Shown piece by piece: positions 8,431-16,339 of a DNA stretch of 29,528 bases. The stretch is taken from assembly GCA_043750125.1 (NCBI GenBank), contig JAYVCD010000176.1, positions 1 to 29,528 of the forward strand, written 5' to 3'. Below the pieces are notes generated by a model. That model saw nothing but the letters and a program-made list of their open reading frames with translations, was not told the DNA's origin and made no database searches. Each line of letters opens with the position of its first letter. Position 1 is the stretch's first letter. The stretch comes from Archangiaceae bacterium. Lineage in GTDB: Bacteria > Myxococcota > Myxococcia > Myxococcales > Myxococcaceae. The position numbers and the translations under genes were made by a program.

Positions 8431-9198
8431 ATGGACGTTAAACAGGGCCGCTGGACCCTCGAGTCGGGCTGGACCTGGGCCACGAAAGGCCCCGACGCGA
8501 CTGCGAGGCTGGTGCTGGCATTTGGAGGGCACGCCGCGCTGCTGGGCCCCGGGCCTCTCGACGCGCTGAGTGTGAAGTTCCCAAACGCGCACGTGGTGGC
8601 CTGTTCGACCGAAGGAGAGGTCGAAGGCACCCGTGTCTTCGAAGACGCGATTGTCGCGACTGCAATCCGGTTCGAGCACACCGAGGTCCACGTGGCCGAG
8701 GCGCGGATCATTCCAGGACGCAGCAACCACGAAGCGGGAGTGCAGCTCGCGCAGTTGATGGCGCGTCCCGACCTGTCCCACCTGTTCGTCCTCTCGAGCG
8801 CGGTGGAGCTCGAGCCTGGCACGCTCTCGAAGTGCCTGACCGCAGCCCTGCCCCGGCACGTGGCGTTGACCGGAGGCAGCGCGCGCGCGGTCTGCTTTCA
8901 GGGCCGGCCGATGGCCAACGCGATTGTGGCGGTGGGATTCTTCGGTCACCGCCTGCACATTGGCTACGGCGCCCTCGATGGACACGACCCCTTCGGTTCC
9001 GAGAGCCGCAACGGGTTCGGCGGAGGGTCGCCCGAGCTTGCAATTCTGACCAGCAGCGCCAGCGCTCCACGCGCCCCGACCCAGAGGCTGGAAGAAGAGG
9101 TGCGCAGCGTGCGGGCAATGCTCGGCCCCGATGTGGCGCTGACCGGCTTCTGCGGCCAGGCACAGCGCACGACCGTGACCACTTTGAGAGAAGAGTAG
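8431..9198 (+). CDS. FIST (NosP-family) sensory-domain protein, internally shortened; possibly degenerate
   Basis: 255 aa from MDVKQGRW. FIST_N motifs LVLAFGG, FPNAHVVACSTEGEV, AIVATAIRFEHT, HLFVLS, ALTGGSA, GYGALDGHDPFG. Only the tail of FIST_C is present. Confidence 0.75.
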   Translation: MDVKQGRWTLESGWTWATKGPDATARLVLAFGGHAALLGPGPLDALSVKFPNAHVVACSTEGEVEGTRVFEDAIVATAIRFEHTEVHVAEARIIPGRSNHEAGVQLAQLMARPDLSHLFVLSSAVELEPGTLSKCLTAALPRHVALTGGSARAVCFQGRPMANAIVAVGFFGHRLHIGYGALDGHDPFGSESRNGFGGGSPELAILTSSASAPRAPTQRLEEEVRSVRAMLGPDVALTGFCGQAQRTTVTTLREE

Positions 9199-9207
9199 CC
9201 GCTCGGT

Positions 9208-10236
9208 TCAGATTGGATTTTCGAGCTCGGACAACAGGCGACCGGCCTGGAGGAAGCCGGGGGCCCCCAGGACTTCCCACGCCTTCACCAGCGCTTGCGA
9301 TTTTTCGTAGTCCTCTTCGAAGAAGCGCACCACGCGATGCTCTTGATCCCACCGGCGCAGCTGGCCCAGGACCCTCAACAAGGCGCCCGCCTGTCTGCGC
9401 GCGTCCGACCGATCGCGCAGCGAAGTCGTCGGCGAAAGGCTCTTCACCCAGTCGTCGCCGTTTTTCTTTTCGTCGATCACCTGCGCCCCGGCCTCGACCA
9501 GGAACCCGAGCAGCTCACGGCGCTTCGCGCTCTCGGCGGCCTTCAACAGCGCACTCAACACCGCGTCTTGCGCTTGCCCCACCCGAGAGAGCTCGGCCGG
9601 ATCTTCGACCTGCGCCTTGCTCGATTCCATCTGGGCCCATGCGCGGGCGAACGTCGGCTGCCAGGCTTCGAGAAAAAACGTCAGCGGGGCGCCGGGTGCC
9701 AGGTCCATCACCGGAAGCTCTTCGCCCAGCGCCTCGGCGCGGGCCAGCGCCGCCGGAGCCAACACCCAGCACAACGCCGAGCTGCGCACCCGCGGCTGTG
9801 TCGCAAACCCCCGCTCACATTCGGTGTCCGTCACCATCATCAAGGCCAGGGCCAGCAGCGCTTCGTCTGCCCACGACTGCGCCGGGGCGACCGGCAGGGG
9901 TTTGAGCCCGCCTTCGCACAGCGGGGTCCGCAACAGCCACTGCAGCAACCCCCACGACGCCGCCTGAAAGTCGATCGGAGGCAGCGCAATCCGTTCCCAC
10001 AACCGCTGGTTGCGCTCCTGTCTCCAGCCGCCACCGCGCAACACGGCCAGTCCCACTCCGCGCCCCAGGGTTTCCTGCAGCAACCGCATCGCCGTCGGGC
10101 CCAGCGCCGTGGGCGAGGGGCGTTGGAAGCTGAGCAGCCGTTCGACTTCGGGGTACGACGAGATTCCGACCACCGCCCGCGCGATGCGCAGCAGCTCGGA
10201 TTCCTGGGTCGTCACCCGCGCACTTTGCAAGGGCAC
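9208..10236 (-). CDS. Helical uncharacterised protein, FtsH ternary-system component (fvmX6-like, tentative)
   Basis: 342 aa, GTG start 1 bp after the radical SAM stop. Motifs ESELLRIARAVVG, LQETLGRG...LRGGGW, RRELLGFLV, RVVRFFEEDYEKSQ. Family recalled from memory. Confidence 0.72.
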   Translation of the reverse strand: MPLQSARVTTQESELLRIARAVVGISSYPEVERLLSFQRPSPTALGPTAMRLLQETLGRGVGLAVLRGGGWRQERNQRLWERIALPPIDFQAASWGLLQWLLRTPLCEGGLKPLPVAPAQSWADEALLALALMMVTDTECERGFATQPRVRSSALCWVLAPAALARAEALGEELPVMDLAPGAPLTFFLEAWQPTFARAWAQMESSKAQVEDPAELSRVGQAQDAVLSALLKAAESAKRRELLGFLVEAGAQVIDEKKNGDDWVKSLSPTTSLRDRSDARRQAGALLRVLGQLRRWDQEHRVVRFFEEDYEKSQALVKAWEVLGAPGFLQAGRLLSELENPI

Positions 10237-10237
10237 T

Positions 10238-10813
10238 TCAAGTCCCCGAGCGCACGCGGTCGGCGAGCGTTGGCCAGCCGTTGATGGTCAGCCCTTCGCG
10301 GGTCAGCCGAAGCTCGACCGTATTCGCGGCGTGGAACCGCGCGTCGTCGGGGGCGTAGCGATCGGTGAGGAAATGAAGCACCTGATTCGTCGAGCCCAAC
10401 CACCGACGCTTCGTCTCGGGCAGCGACTGCTCGTAGCGGCCGTCGACCAGCAGGTCGATCGCGCCGAGCAGTCGGGCACTGCCGGGCCTGAGGCGAAGCT
10501 GCTCGAGGGTGTAGCCGCTGTAGAGCATCACCGAGAGGCCGCCCGCCCGAACGCGCTCGCAGAAGTCGGCGACGGCCTCTGCCTGCTCGCCGGGCTCGCC
10601 GCCGAGAATCGAGATTCCCTCGAGGCCCCCGGTCGCCAGCGCCTCTCGCGCGAGCTCGACCGAATCGACGACCCGGCCTTTGTCCGCAGCGAACATCTCG
10701 GGGTTGCAGCAGCCCGGGCATCGAATGCTGCAGCCCTGGACCCAGACCGCAAAGCGTCGACCCGGGCCTTCAGCCTCAGTCGGGGAAACGATCTGCGCGA
10801 TGCGAAGGTCCAC
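10238..10813 (-). CDS. NrdG-like small radical SAM (glycyl-radical activating enzyme-like) protein
   Basis: 191 aa; EGPGRRFAVWVQGCSIRCPGCCNP (CxxxCxxC), GISILGGEP, YSGYT, IDLLVDGRY, WLGSTNQ. Confidence 0.9.
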   Translation of the reverse strand: MDLRIAQIVSPTEAEGPGRRFAVWVQGCSIRCPGCCNPEMFAADKGRVVDSVELAREALATGGLEGISILGGEPGEQAEAVADFCERVRAGGLSVMLYSGYTLEQLRLRPGSARLLGAIDLLVDGRYEQSLPETKRRWLGSTNQVLHFLTDRYAPDDARFHAANTVELRLTREGLTINGWPTLADRVRSGT

Positions 10814-10853
10814 GGGCAGAAAGCTAAACAGCTTCCCGGGTGGCGATCATCCT

Positions 10854-11939
10854 TCAGATGGGCAGGACGCCGGCGGCGAGCTCCATCATCTGCAGCCGGC
10901 GTTGGGTCACCGGGCTGGTCCCGTCGATCAACGCGTCGGTTTCGATCAACACCCGCTCGAGCGGGAAGCGCTGCACCGACGCATCGGACGTGGGAATTCC
11001 GCCCTTCACCGGAGGCTGCCACCCGACCATCTCGTCCGTCGCACCCGCCAGCAGCGCCTCGACCGCAGCCAGCCCGAAGCGACCGGCGACCATTCGGTCC
11101 ATGTACGAAGGGTTTCCTCCCCGCACCACGTGGCCGAGCACGGTCGCGCGAATCTCGACACCCGCAATCTCTTTCGCGAGCACTTCCTCGACCAGCCGCA
11201 CCAACCGCGTCGTTGGAACCGAGACGCCCTCGGCTTTGATCACCAAAACCCGGCGCTTGCCCCGCGCGTAGCCATTGCGGACCACGTTGGCCACATCGTG
11301 GACCAACTGTTCCTCGCTCTTTCCCTGCTCGCGAATCAACGCGGCGTCGGCGCCGGCGGCGATGCTGCTGGCCATCGCCAGGTACCCACAGCTGCGCCCC
11401 ATCACCTCGACCACGAAGGCCCGGCGATGGGCGCGGGCGGTGTCTGAAATCTTGTCGCAGGCCTCGACGATGGTGTTGAGCGCGGTGTCGACGCCGAGCG
11501 CGGTCGAGGTGCAGCCGATGTCGTTGTCGATGCTGCCGGGAATGCCCATCACCTTGACCCCGAACTCGGTGGCCAGGCAGTGCGCGCCGGTGAGACTGCC
11601 GTTGCCTCCAATCACCACCAGCCCGTCGACGTGGTGTTTGGTCAGCTGCCCGACGGCGGCTTTGCGACCCGCGGGCTCGCGAAACCGCAACGACCGCGCG
11701 GTGCCGAGCAGCGTGCCGCCCATGCCTCCGGCGAAGTCGAGCTCGAGGTCCGCTCCGATGGTGCCGTTGTCGACCGCGCGGGTCAGCTCGCGAAACCGGC
11801 CGTCGATCAACCCTTCGTAGCCGTCCAGCGACCCCAGAACATGCGCCCCCCGCGCCGCAGCGAGCTTCACGACCGCGCGAATCGCCGCGTTCATTCCGGG
11901 GGAATCGCCGCCGGACGTCAGCACCACAAGCCGTTTCAT
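10854..11939 (-). CDS. pfkA: ATP-dependent 6-phosphofructokinase
   Basis: LTSGGDSPGMNAAIRAVV, GGTLLGTAR, IGGNGS, GSIDND, VEVMGR, LGHVVRGG; AAGGA ribosome-binding site upstream. Confidence 0.93.
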   Translation of the reverse strand: MKRLVVLTSGGDSPGMNAAIRAVVKLAAARGAHVLGSLDGYEGLIDGRFRELTRAVDNGTIGADLELDFAGGMGGTLLGTARSLRFREPAGRKAAVGQLTKHHVDGLVVIGGNGSLTGAHCLATEFGVKVMGIPGSIDNDIGCTSTALGVDTALNTIVEACDKISDTARAHRRAFVVEVMGRSCGYLAMASSIAAGADAALIREQGKSEEQLVHDVANVVRNGYARGKRRVLVIKAEGVSVPTTRLVRLVEEVLAKEIAGVEIRATVLGHVVRGGNPSYMDRMVAGRFGLAAVEALLAGATDEMVGWQPPVKGGIPTSDASVQRFPLERVLIETDALIDGTSPVTQRRLQMMELAAGVLPI

Positions 11940-12271
11940 GAGGTCCTTTGCTAAGAGCGACTCTCACTTTCGTTGAACCTTCTTCAGAGCGAAACCATGA
12001 AATTCCTTCTGCTGCCACCGTCTACCCCCGCTTCACCCAGGACGGCACCGAGCTCGACCGTCCGCTCGATTGGATCCTCGTCAAGTGCGAGCAAGGTCAG
12101 GCGCGGTTCAACTTCTCGATGTGAGGTTTCGCGAAGCTCGCTCCAAACCTCCACCAGACTGAAAATGCGATTGGCTGAGGCGGTGCCAAATTTCACCCGC
12201 CAACAGGAGCCGCCAAGCGGAACAGAGCCTTTCGGTCACTTCGGCCCCGATTCGGCAATGAGCGCCGATTC

Positions 12272-12291
12272 TAATCCAGCTTCCTGGATTA
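12272..12291. promoter_or_regulatory. Perfect 8-4-8 palindrome, candidate transcription-factor operator
   Basis: TAATCCAG-CTTC-CTGGATTA in the divergent pfkA / TonB-receptor intergenic region, ending 99 bp before the receptor start. Confidence 0.5.
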
Positions 12292-12390
12292 CCCTCCGCC
12301 ATCAATGGCGCCTTTCCAAATGCGCGGTGCGTCCGCGATCGGATTCATCGCCAAGCGCATGACTCAACAGTGCGTTAGATCACCGTCGCT

Positions 12391-15000
12391 TTGCGCCCGG
12401 CCTTCCTCCTCATTTTCCTCCTCTGCACCGCTGCATTCGCGCAGCCAGACGCTGGCGCGCCGACGGGGACGCTGACCAAAGCGCCCACGCTGCTCAAGCA
12501 GGTCGAAGCGATCTACCCGCCCTTGGCACTCGACGCCGGGTCGGGAGGAACGGTGGTGATGGAAATCGACATCGGTGCCGACGGCAAGGTGGTCGCCGCG
12601 GGGGTGATTCAGAGTGCCGGCGCCGAGTTTGATCAAGCCGCACTCGAAGCGGTCCGACAGTTCGAGTTCACGCCCGCCGAAGTGGACGGAACGCCAACGG
12701 CCGTTCGCATTCAGTACAGCTACGAGTTTTTCTTTCGCCCCGAAGTGGTCACCTCTGCTCTCGGCGCCGACGGGGGAGCTGCGGCCGAGGTGGTGAACTT
12801 CGAAGGCACGCTGGTCGAACGTGGCACGCGCGCGCCCCTGCCCGGTGCGACGATCGCGATCGGAGAACTGAACACCGTCTCGGACGATCAAGGCCGCTTC
12901 AGCTTCGTCGCCGTGCCGCTGGGGGCGCAGAAGGTGGTGGTGGTCGCTCCGGATTACGCACGCTACGAAGGGGTCGAACAGATCAAGCCGGGCGAGAAAA
13001 CGGTCGCCACCTACTTCGTGCGGCGCAAGGTGTACGGCGCGTTCGAGACGGTGGTACGGGCGCCTCGTGAGCGCAAAGAGATCGCGCAGATCACGCTCAA
13101 GCAAGAAGAGATGCGGCTGATCCCCGGCACCAACGGCGACGCCTTCAAGGTGGTGCAAAATCTGCCCGGGGTCGCGCGGTCTCCCTTCGGAATCGGGCTG
13201 GTCATCGTGCGCGGCAGCAACCCTTACGACACCCGCACCTATGTCGACGATGCGCAGGTCCCGCTGTTGTTCCACTTCGGGGGGCTCTTCTCGACCTTCA
13301 ACAGCAACCTGCTGCAGGACATCAGCTTCCAGCCGGGAAATTTCGGCGTCGAATACGGCCGCAACATCGGAGGGCTGATCAAGGCGACGGTGCGCACTCC
13401 TTCGCAGCACGGAATCCACGGCTACGCAGACATCAACGTCACCGACGCGTCCGCGCTGATCGAAGCGCCCGTTTCAGAAAACTGGAGCGTCGCCGCTTCC
13501 TTCCGTCGCAGCTGGATCGACGTGCTGCTCCCGTGGGGGCTGAAGACCTTCTATCCAAAGTCGAAGGACCTGCTGAGCTTCACCGTCGCTCCGAACTATT
13601 TCGACTGGCAGCTGCGGGCCGAGTGGCGGACGAAGAATGGCAAGCGCCGGTTCTTCGTGACCCTGTTCGGAAGCTCGGACGCGCTGAAGCTGGTGCTGCC
13701 CAACCCGGCGATCGACCCCGAAGGGCGCGGCGAGCTCAGCACCACCATCGGCTACAACCGGCTGTTGGTCGGCTTCGATGCCACCTTGAGCCCCTCGGTC
13801 TCGTTCAGCTCGCGCACCTTCGCGGGCTCGGATTTCTACGCATTCACCGTGGGGTCCGACCTGTTCGCGAAAGGGCAGCAGTGGCCGGTCGCTTCGCGCA
13901 ACGCGTTCACGATCGAGCTCGAGTCGCTGAACCTCACGGTGGACACCGGGGTGGACCTCAATCTGTTGACGTTCCACCTCAACTTCCAGCGCCCGCCCGC
14001 CTTCAAGCTCAACCAGATTCCGGACCCTTTTCTGTCCCGGCAGCTGCTCGCGGAAGACACGACCACGACCACCTTTCAGCCTGCGGTCTTCGCCGAGGCG
14101 ACCTGGCGGCCGTTGCCCTCATTGAAGATTGTCGGGGGCGTTCGCGCCGACTACGACCTGCAGCTGAACCGGGGCTGGGTCGACCCTCGCATCGTGGCGC
14201 TGTGGACCCCGATCGAGTCGACCACGATCAAAGCGGGGGCCGGACTGTACCACCAACCTCCGGACTATCGAGGGGGGCAGCTGTCGAAGAAATTTGGAAA
14301 CCCCCACCTGCTCCCGGAAGGCGCGAGCCACTACACCGTCGGCGTCGAGCACCATTTCACCGACGCGATCAGCCTCGACGTGCAGCTGTATTACAAGGAC
14401 CTCTTTCACCAGGCCCGCGCGACCCTCGGAGCGGACTCGGGAATCACCAATGTCGACACGGTGGACCTGCACTACGTCAGCACCGGGGTAGGCAAGGGCT
14501 ATGGCGTCGAGCTGTTGCTGCGGCACGCGCTGACGAAGAACTTCTTCGGGTGGATCGCCTATTCACTCTCGCGCACTGAACGGGACTACGCGCAGGGCCA
14601 GCAATACGGGGCCCACCCGTTCGATCAACCGCACAACCTGGTGATCGTCGCCAGCTACAAGCTGCCGTACGACTTCATCGTCGGCGCGAAGCTTCGCTAC
14701 ACGACCGGCCCGCTCAACACCCCGACCATCGGCTCGATCTACGACACCAACGGGAACTACTACTACCCGCTGTTCGGCCCCCAGTGGAGCCGACGGTTGC
14801 CCGACTTCTTCCAGCTCGACGTCCGCATTGATCGCCGGTTCGTGTTCGAGCGGTGGATGCTCGCGCTGTACGTCGACGTCCAAAACGTCACCAACCGCCA
14901 GAACGTCGAAGGCGTGACCAACAACTACGACTACACCAAAGAGCAGTTCATCTACGGGCTGCCGATCATCCCCGTCCTCGGAGTGAGGGCCGAATGGTGA
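12391..15000 (+). CDS. TonB-dependent receptor with N-terminal TonB C-terminal domain and carboxypeptidase-regulatory-like domain
   Basis: Signal peptide (..CTAAFA/Q), TonB_C (YPPLA..GTVVMEIDIGADGKV..FDQAALEAVRQFEFTPA), Ig-like beta-sandwich (GTLVERGTRAPLPGATI), plug (IPGTNGDAFKVVQNLPGVAR, GNFGVEYGRNIGG), barrel ending LGVRAEW. Confidence 0.92.
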   Translation: MRPAFLLIFLLCTAAFAQPDAGAPTGTLTKAPTLLKQVEAIYPPLALDAGSGGTVVMEIDIGADGKVVAAGVIQSAGAEFDQAALEAVRQFEFTPAEVDGTPTAVRIQYSYEFFFRPEVVTSALGADGGAAAEVVNFEGTLVERGTRAPLPGATIAIGELNTVSDDQGRFSFVAVPLGAQKVVVVAPDYARYEGVEQIKPGEKTVATYFVRRKVYGAFETVVRAPRERKEIAQITLKQEEMRLIPGTNGDAFKVVQNLPGVARSPFGIGLVIVRGSNPYDTRTYVDDAQVPLLFHFGGLFSTFNSNLLQDISFQPGNFGVEYGRNIGGLIKATVRTPSQHGIHGYADINVTDASALIEAPVSENWSVAASFRRSWIDVLLPWGLKTFYPKSKDLLSFTVAPNYFDWQLRAEWRTKNGKRRFFVTLFGSSDALKLVLPNPAIDPEGRGELSTTIGYNRLLVGFDATLSPSVSFSSRTFAGSDFYAFTVGSDLFAKGQQWPVASRNAFTIELESLNLTVDTGVDLNLLTFHLNFQRPPAFKLNQIPDPFLSRQLLAEDTTTTTFQPAVFAEATWRPLPSLKIVGGVRADYDLQLNRGWVDPRIVALWTPIESTTIKAGAGLYHQPPDYRGGQLSKKFGNPHLLPEGASHYTVGVEHHFTDAISLDVQLYYKDLFHQARATLGADSGITNVDTVDLHYVSTGVGKGYGVELLLRHALTKNFFGWIAYSLSRTERDYAQGQQYGAHPFDQPHNLVIVASYKLPYDFIVGAKLRYTTGPLNTPTIGSIYDTNGNYYYPLFGPQWSRRLPDFFQLDVRIDRRFVFERWMLALYVDVQNVTNRQNVEGVTNNYDYTKEQFIYGLPIIPVLGVRAEW

Positions 15001-16334
15001 ACCCCGTCCAGAGAAGTCGAAGCAGCCGCCCCGTTCATCCCGAGAGTAGTCGAGGGAAGAGCAGTCGAGGGGGCCGCCCCGTTCATCCCGAGAGCAGTCG
15101 AGGGAAGAGCAGTCGAGGGACGACCAGTCGAGGGACGGTACTTCTCACCGCCGCGCTGCTGCTGTCCTCGTGCGCCGAAGCCTGGTCGCCCGAGTCGATC
15201 ATCGAAGATCTCCGGGTGCTCGGAATGAAGGCGGAGCCCGCCGAGCTGAAGCCGGGCGAATCGGCGTCGCTTTCGGCGTTGATCATCGACCCGTCGCGGC
15301 CCGGGGCGAAGAACACGGTGCTGTGGATCGGCTGCGACCCAGACCCCTTCAATCTCGGCCGCAGTGCGTGTTCCGACCCGGCCGTTCTCGTGAACCCCGC
15401 GAAGCTGATCAGCGGAGGCGAGCTGCCGCCGGGGGTGAAGCTGATCGGCCTCGACGACTTCGCGACCTACGCCGCGGCCAAGGACGTCTTCCGCCTGCTC
15501 GCGGCAGACGACTCTCGACGGCAAACGGGCACGGTGGGCCAGGTGTTGGCGATCGCGCTGGCGCAAGAGACGTCGGGGACGCCGACGATGTCCGAGCTGG
15601 CCGCCTTGTTCGAGCGGGTGAAGAACAAAGAAATCAAAGCGGTCATCACCCTGTTCCGAATTCGGGTGTCGGAAGCGCCGACCCGAAACACGAACCCGAA
15701 GATCTCAGGGTTCAGAGTGGCCGGAGAGCTGCAGTTACCGGGAGTGCGCACCCGGGTGTTCTCGGCGCAGAAAGTCGAAGTCGGGCTCGAGGCTCCTGAT
15801 GAAGCGTTCGAGCCGTACGTGGAAGTGACTCCCACCGCGACGGAACAGAAGGTCGAACGGCTGACCTCGGCCTGGTACTCGACCTCGGGGCGCTTCAACA
15901 CGCTGCGGGTGGCGCTGCGCAGCGAGGTGAAAGGGGCGTACACCGCAGCGGGAGACCCGGAATTTCCGCTGGACGTGGTACCGCCTGCGCGCACCGGAAC
16001 TTTCTACGTCGTGATGCGCGACACCCGAGGCGGCCAGGATTGGATTCAGCAGCCCTTCTGGATCTGCGACCCTGCTCAACCTGATCCGCTCGTCACCGCG
16101 GTGAGGTCCCCTTCCACCCGAACGGACCTGGTCATTCTCGAAGGCACCCATCTGGAAGGCGTGCTCGACGTGGAAGCCGGCGGCCTGGGGCTGATCAAAG
16201 GCGCCGTGAATCCGGGCACCGGAAATTGGGAAGGACTGATTCCCCAGGCCCTGACCACCGGCGCCTACCCGGTGAAGATTCACGGCAAGAACTGCCGACT
16301 CTCAGACCCGGCGTTGACGCTCAGCGTCCCCTGA
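14994..16334 (+). CDS. Outer-membrane lipoprotein partner of the TBDR, with C-terminal IPT/TIG-like Ig domain
   Basis: Start at ATG 14994 (or GTG 14997) overlapping the TBDR stop. Lipobox LLLSSC (Cys codon 15171), then SIIEDLRVLGMKAEPAE and VVMRDTRGGQDW. Confidence 0.8.
   Translation: MVNPVQRSRSSRPVHPESSRGKSSRGGRPVHPESSRGKSSRGTTSRGTVLLTAALLLSSCAEAWSPESIIEDLRVLGMKAEPAELKPGESASLSALIIDPSRPGAKNTVLWIGCDPDPFNLGRSACSDPAVLVNPAKLISGGELPPGVKLIGLDDFATYAAAKDVFRLLAADDSRRQTGTVGQVLAIALAQETSGTPTMSELAALFERVKNKEIKAVITLFRIRVSEAPTRNTNPKISGFRVAGELQLPGVRTRVFSAQKVEVGLEAPDEAFEPYVEVTPTATEQKVERLTSAWYSTSGRFNTLRVALRSEVKGAYTAAGDPEFPLDVVPPARTGTFYVVMRDTRGGQDWIQQPFWICDPAQPDPLVTAVRSPSTRTDLVILEGTHLEGVLDVEAGGLGLIKGAVNPGTGNWEGLIPQALTTGAYPVKIHGKNCRLSDPALTLSVP
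15025..15134. repeat. Tandem REP-like repeat: 2 x 48 bp with nested 15-bp-spaced AGTCGAGGG units, inside the lipoprotein signal-peptide region
   Basis: 15025-15072 and 15073-15120 match at 46/48. AGTCGAGGG occurs at 15048, 15063, 15096, 15111 and 15126 (spacings 15, 33, 15, 15, all multiples of 3). Confidence 0.9.
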
Positions 16335-16339
16335 ACCCT

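Noticed and set aside
7660-8985. Overlapping 512 aa (+) and 389 aa (-) ORFs as a bidirectional gene pair
   Set aside because: Only their 3' parts are protein-like (FIST from 8431, DUF4863 from 8319); the true genes are divergent and do not overlap.
10238-10813. Assigning gene symbol nrdG
   Set aside because: No nrdD in the window; context points to a different role.
10854-11939. pfkA as part of the protease system, or inactive because of GGNGS instead of GGDGS
   Set aside because: Co-orientation and a 40-bp gap are the only link. GGNG variants occur in PFKs and the other catalytic motifs are intact.
12306-12323. sigma54 promoter TGGCGC...TGC upstream of the TBDR
   Set aside because: GG-to-GC spacing is 13 nt, not the required 10.
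12391-15000. YG dipeptides in the TBDR (e.g. C-terminal FIYGLP) as splicease substrates
   Set aside because: YG is expected by chance in beta-barrel strands, the genes are convergent, and no leader-like context is present.
15025-15134. Mini CRISPR array
   Set aside because: No unique spacers, units too short and tandem, no cas genes, and it lies in frame within a CDS.
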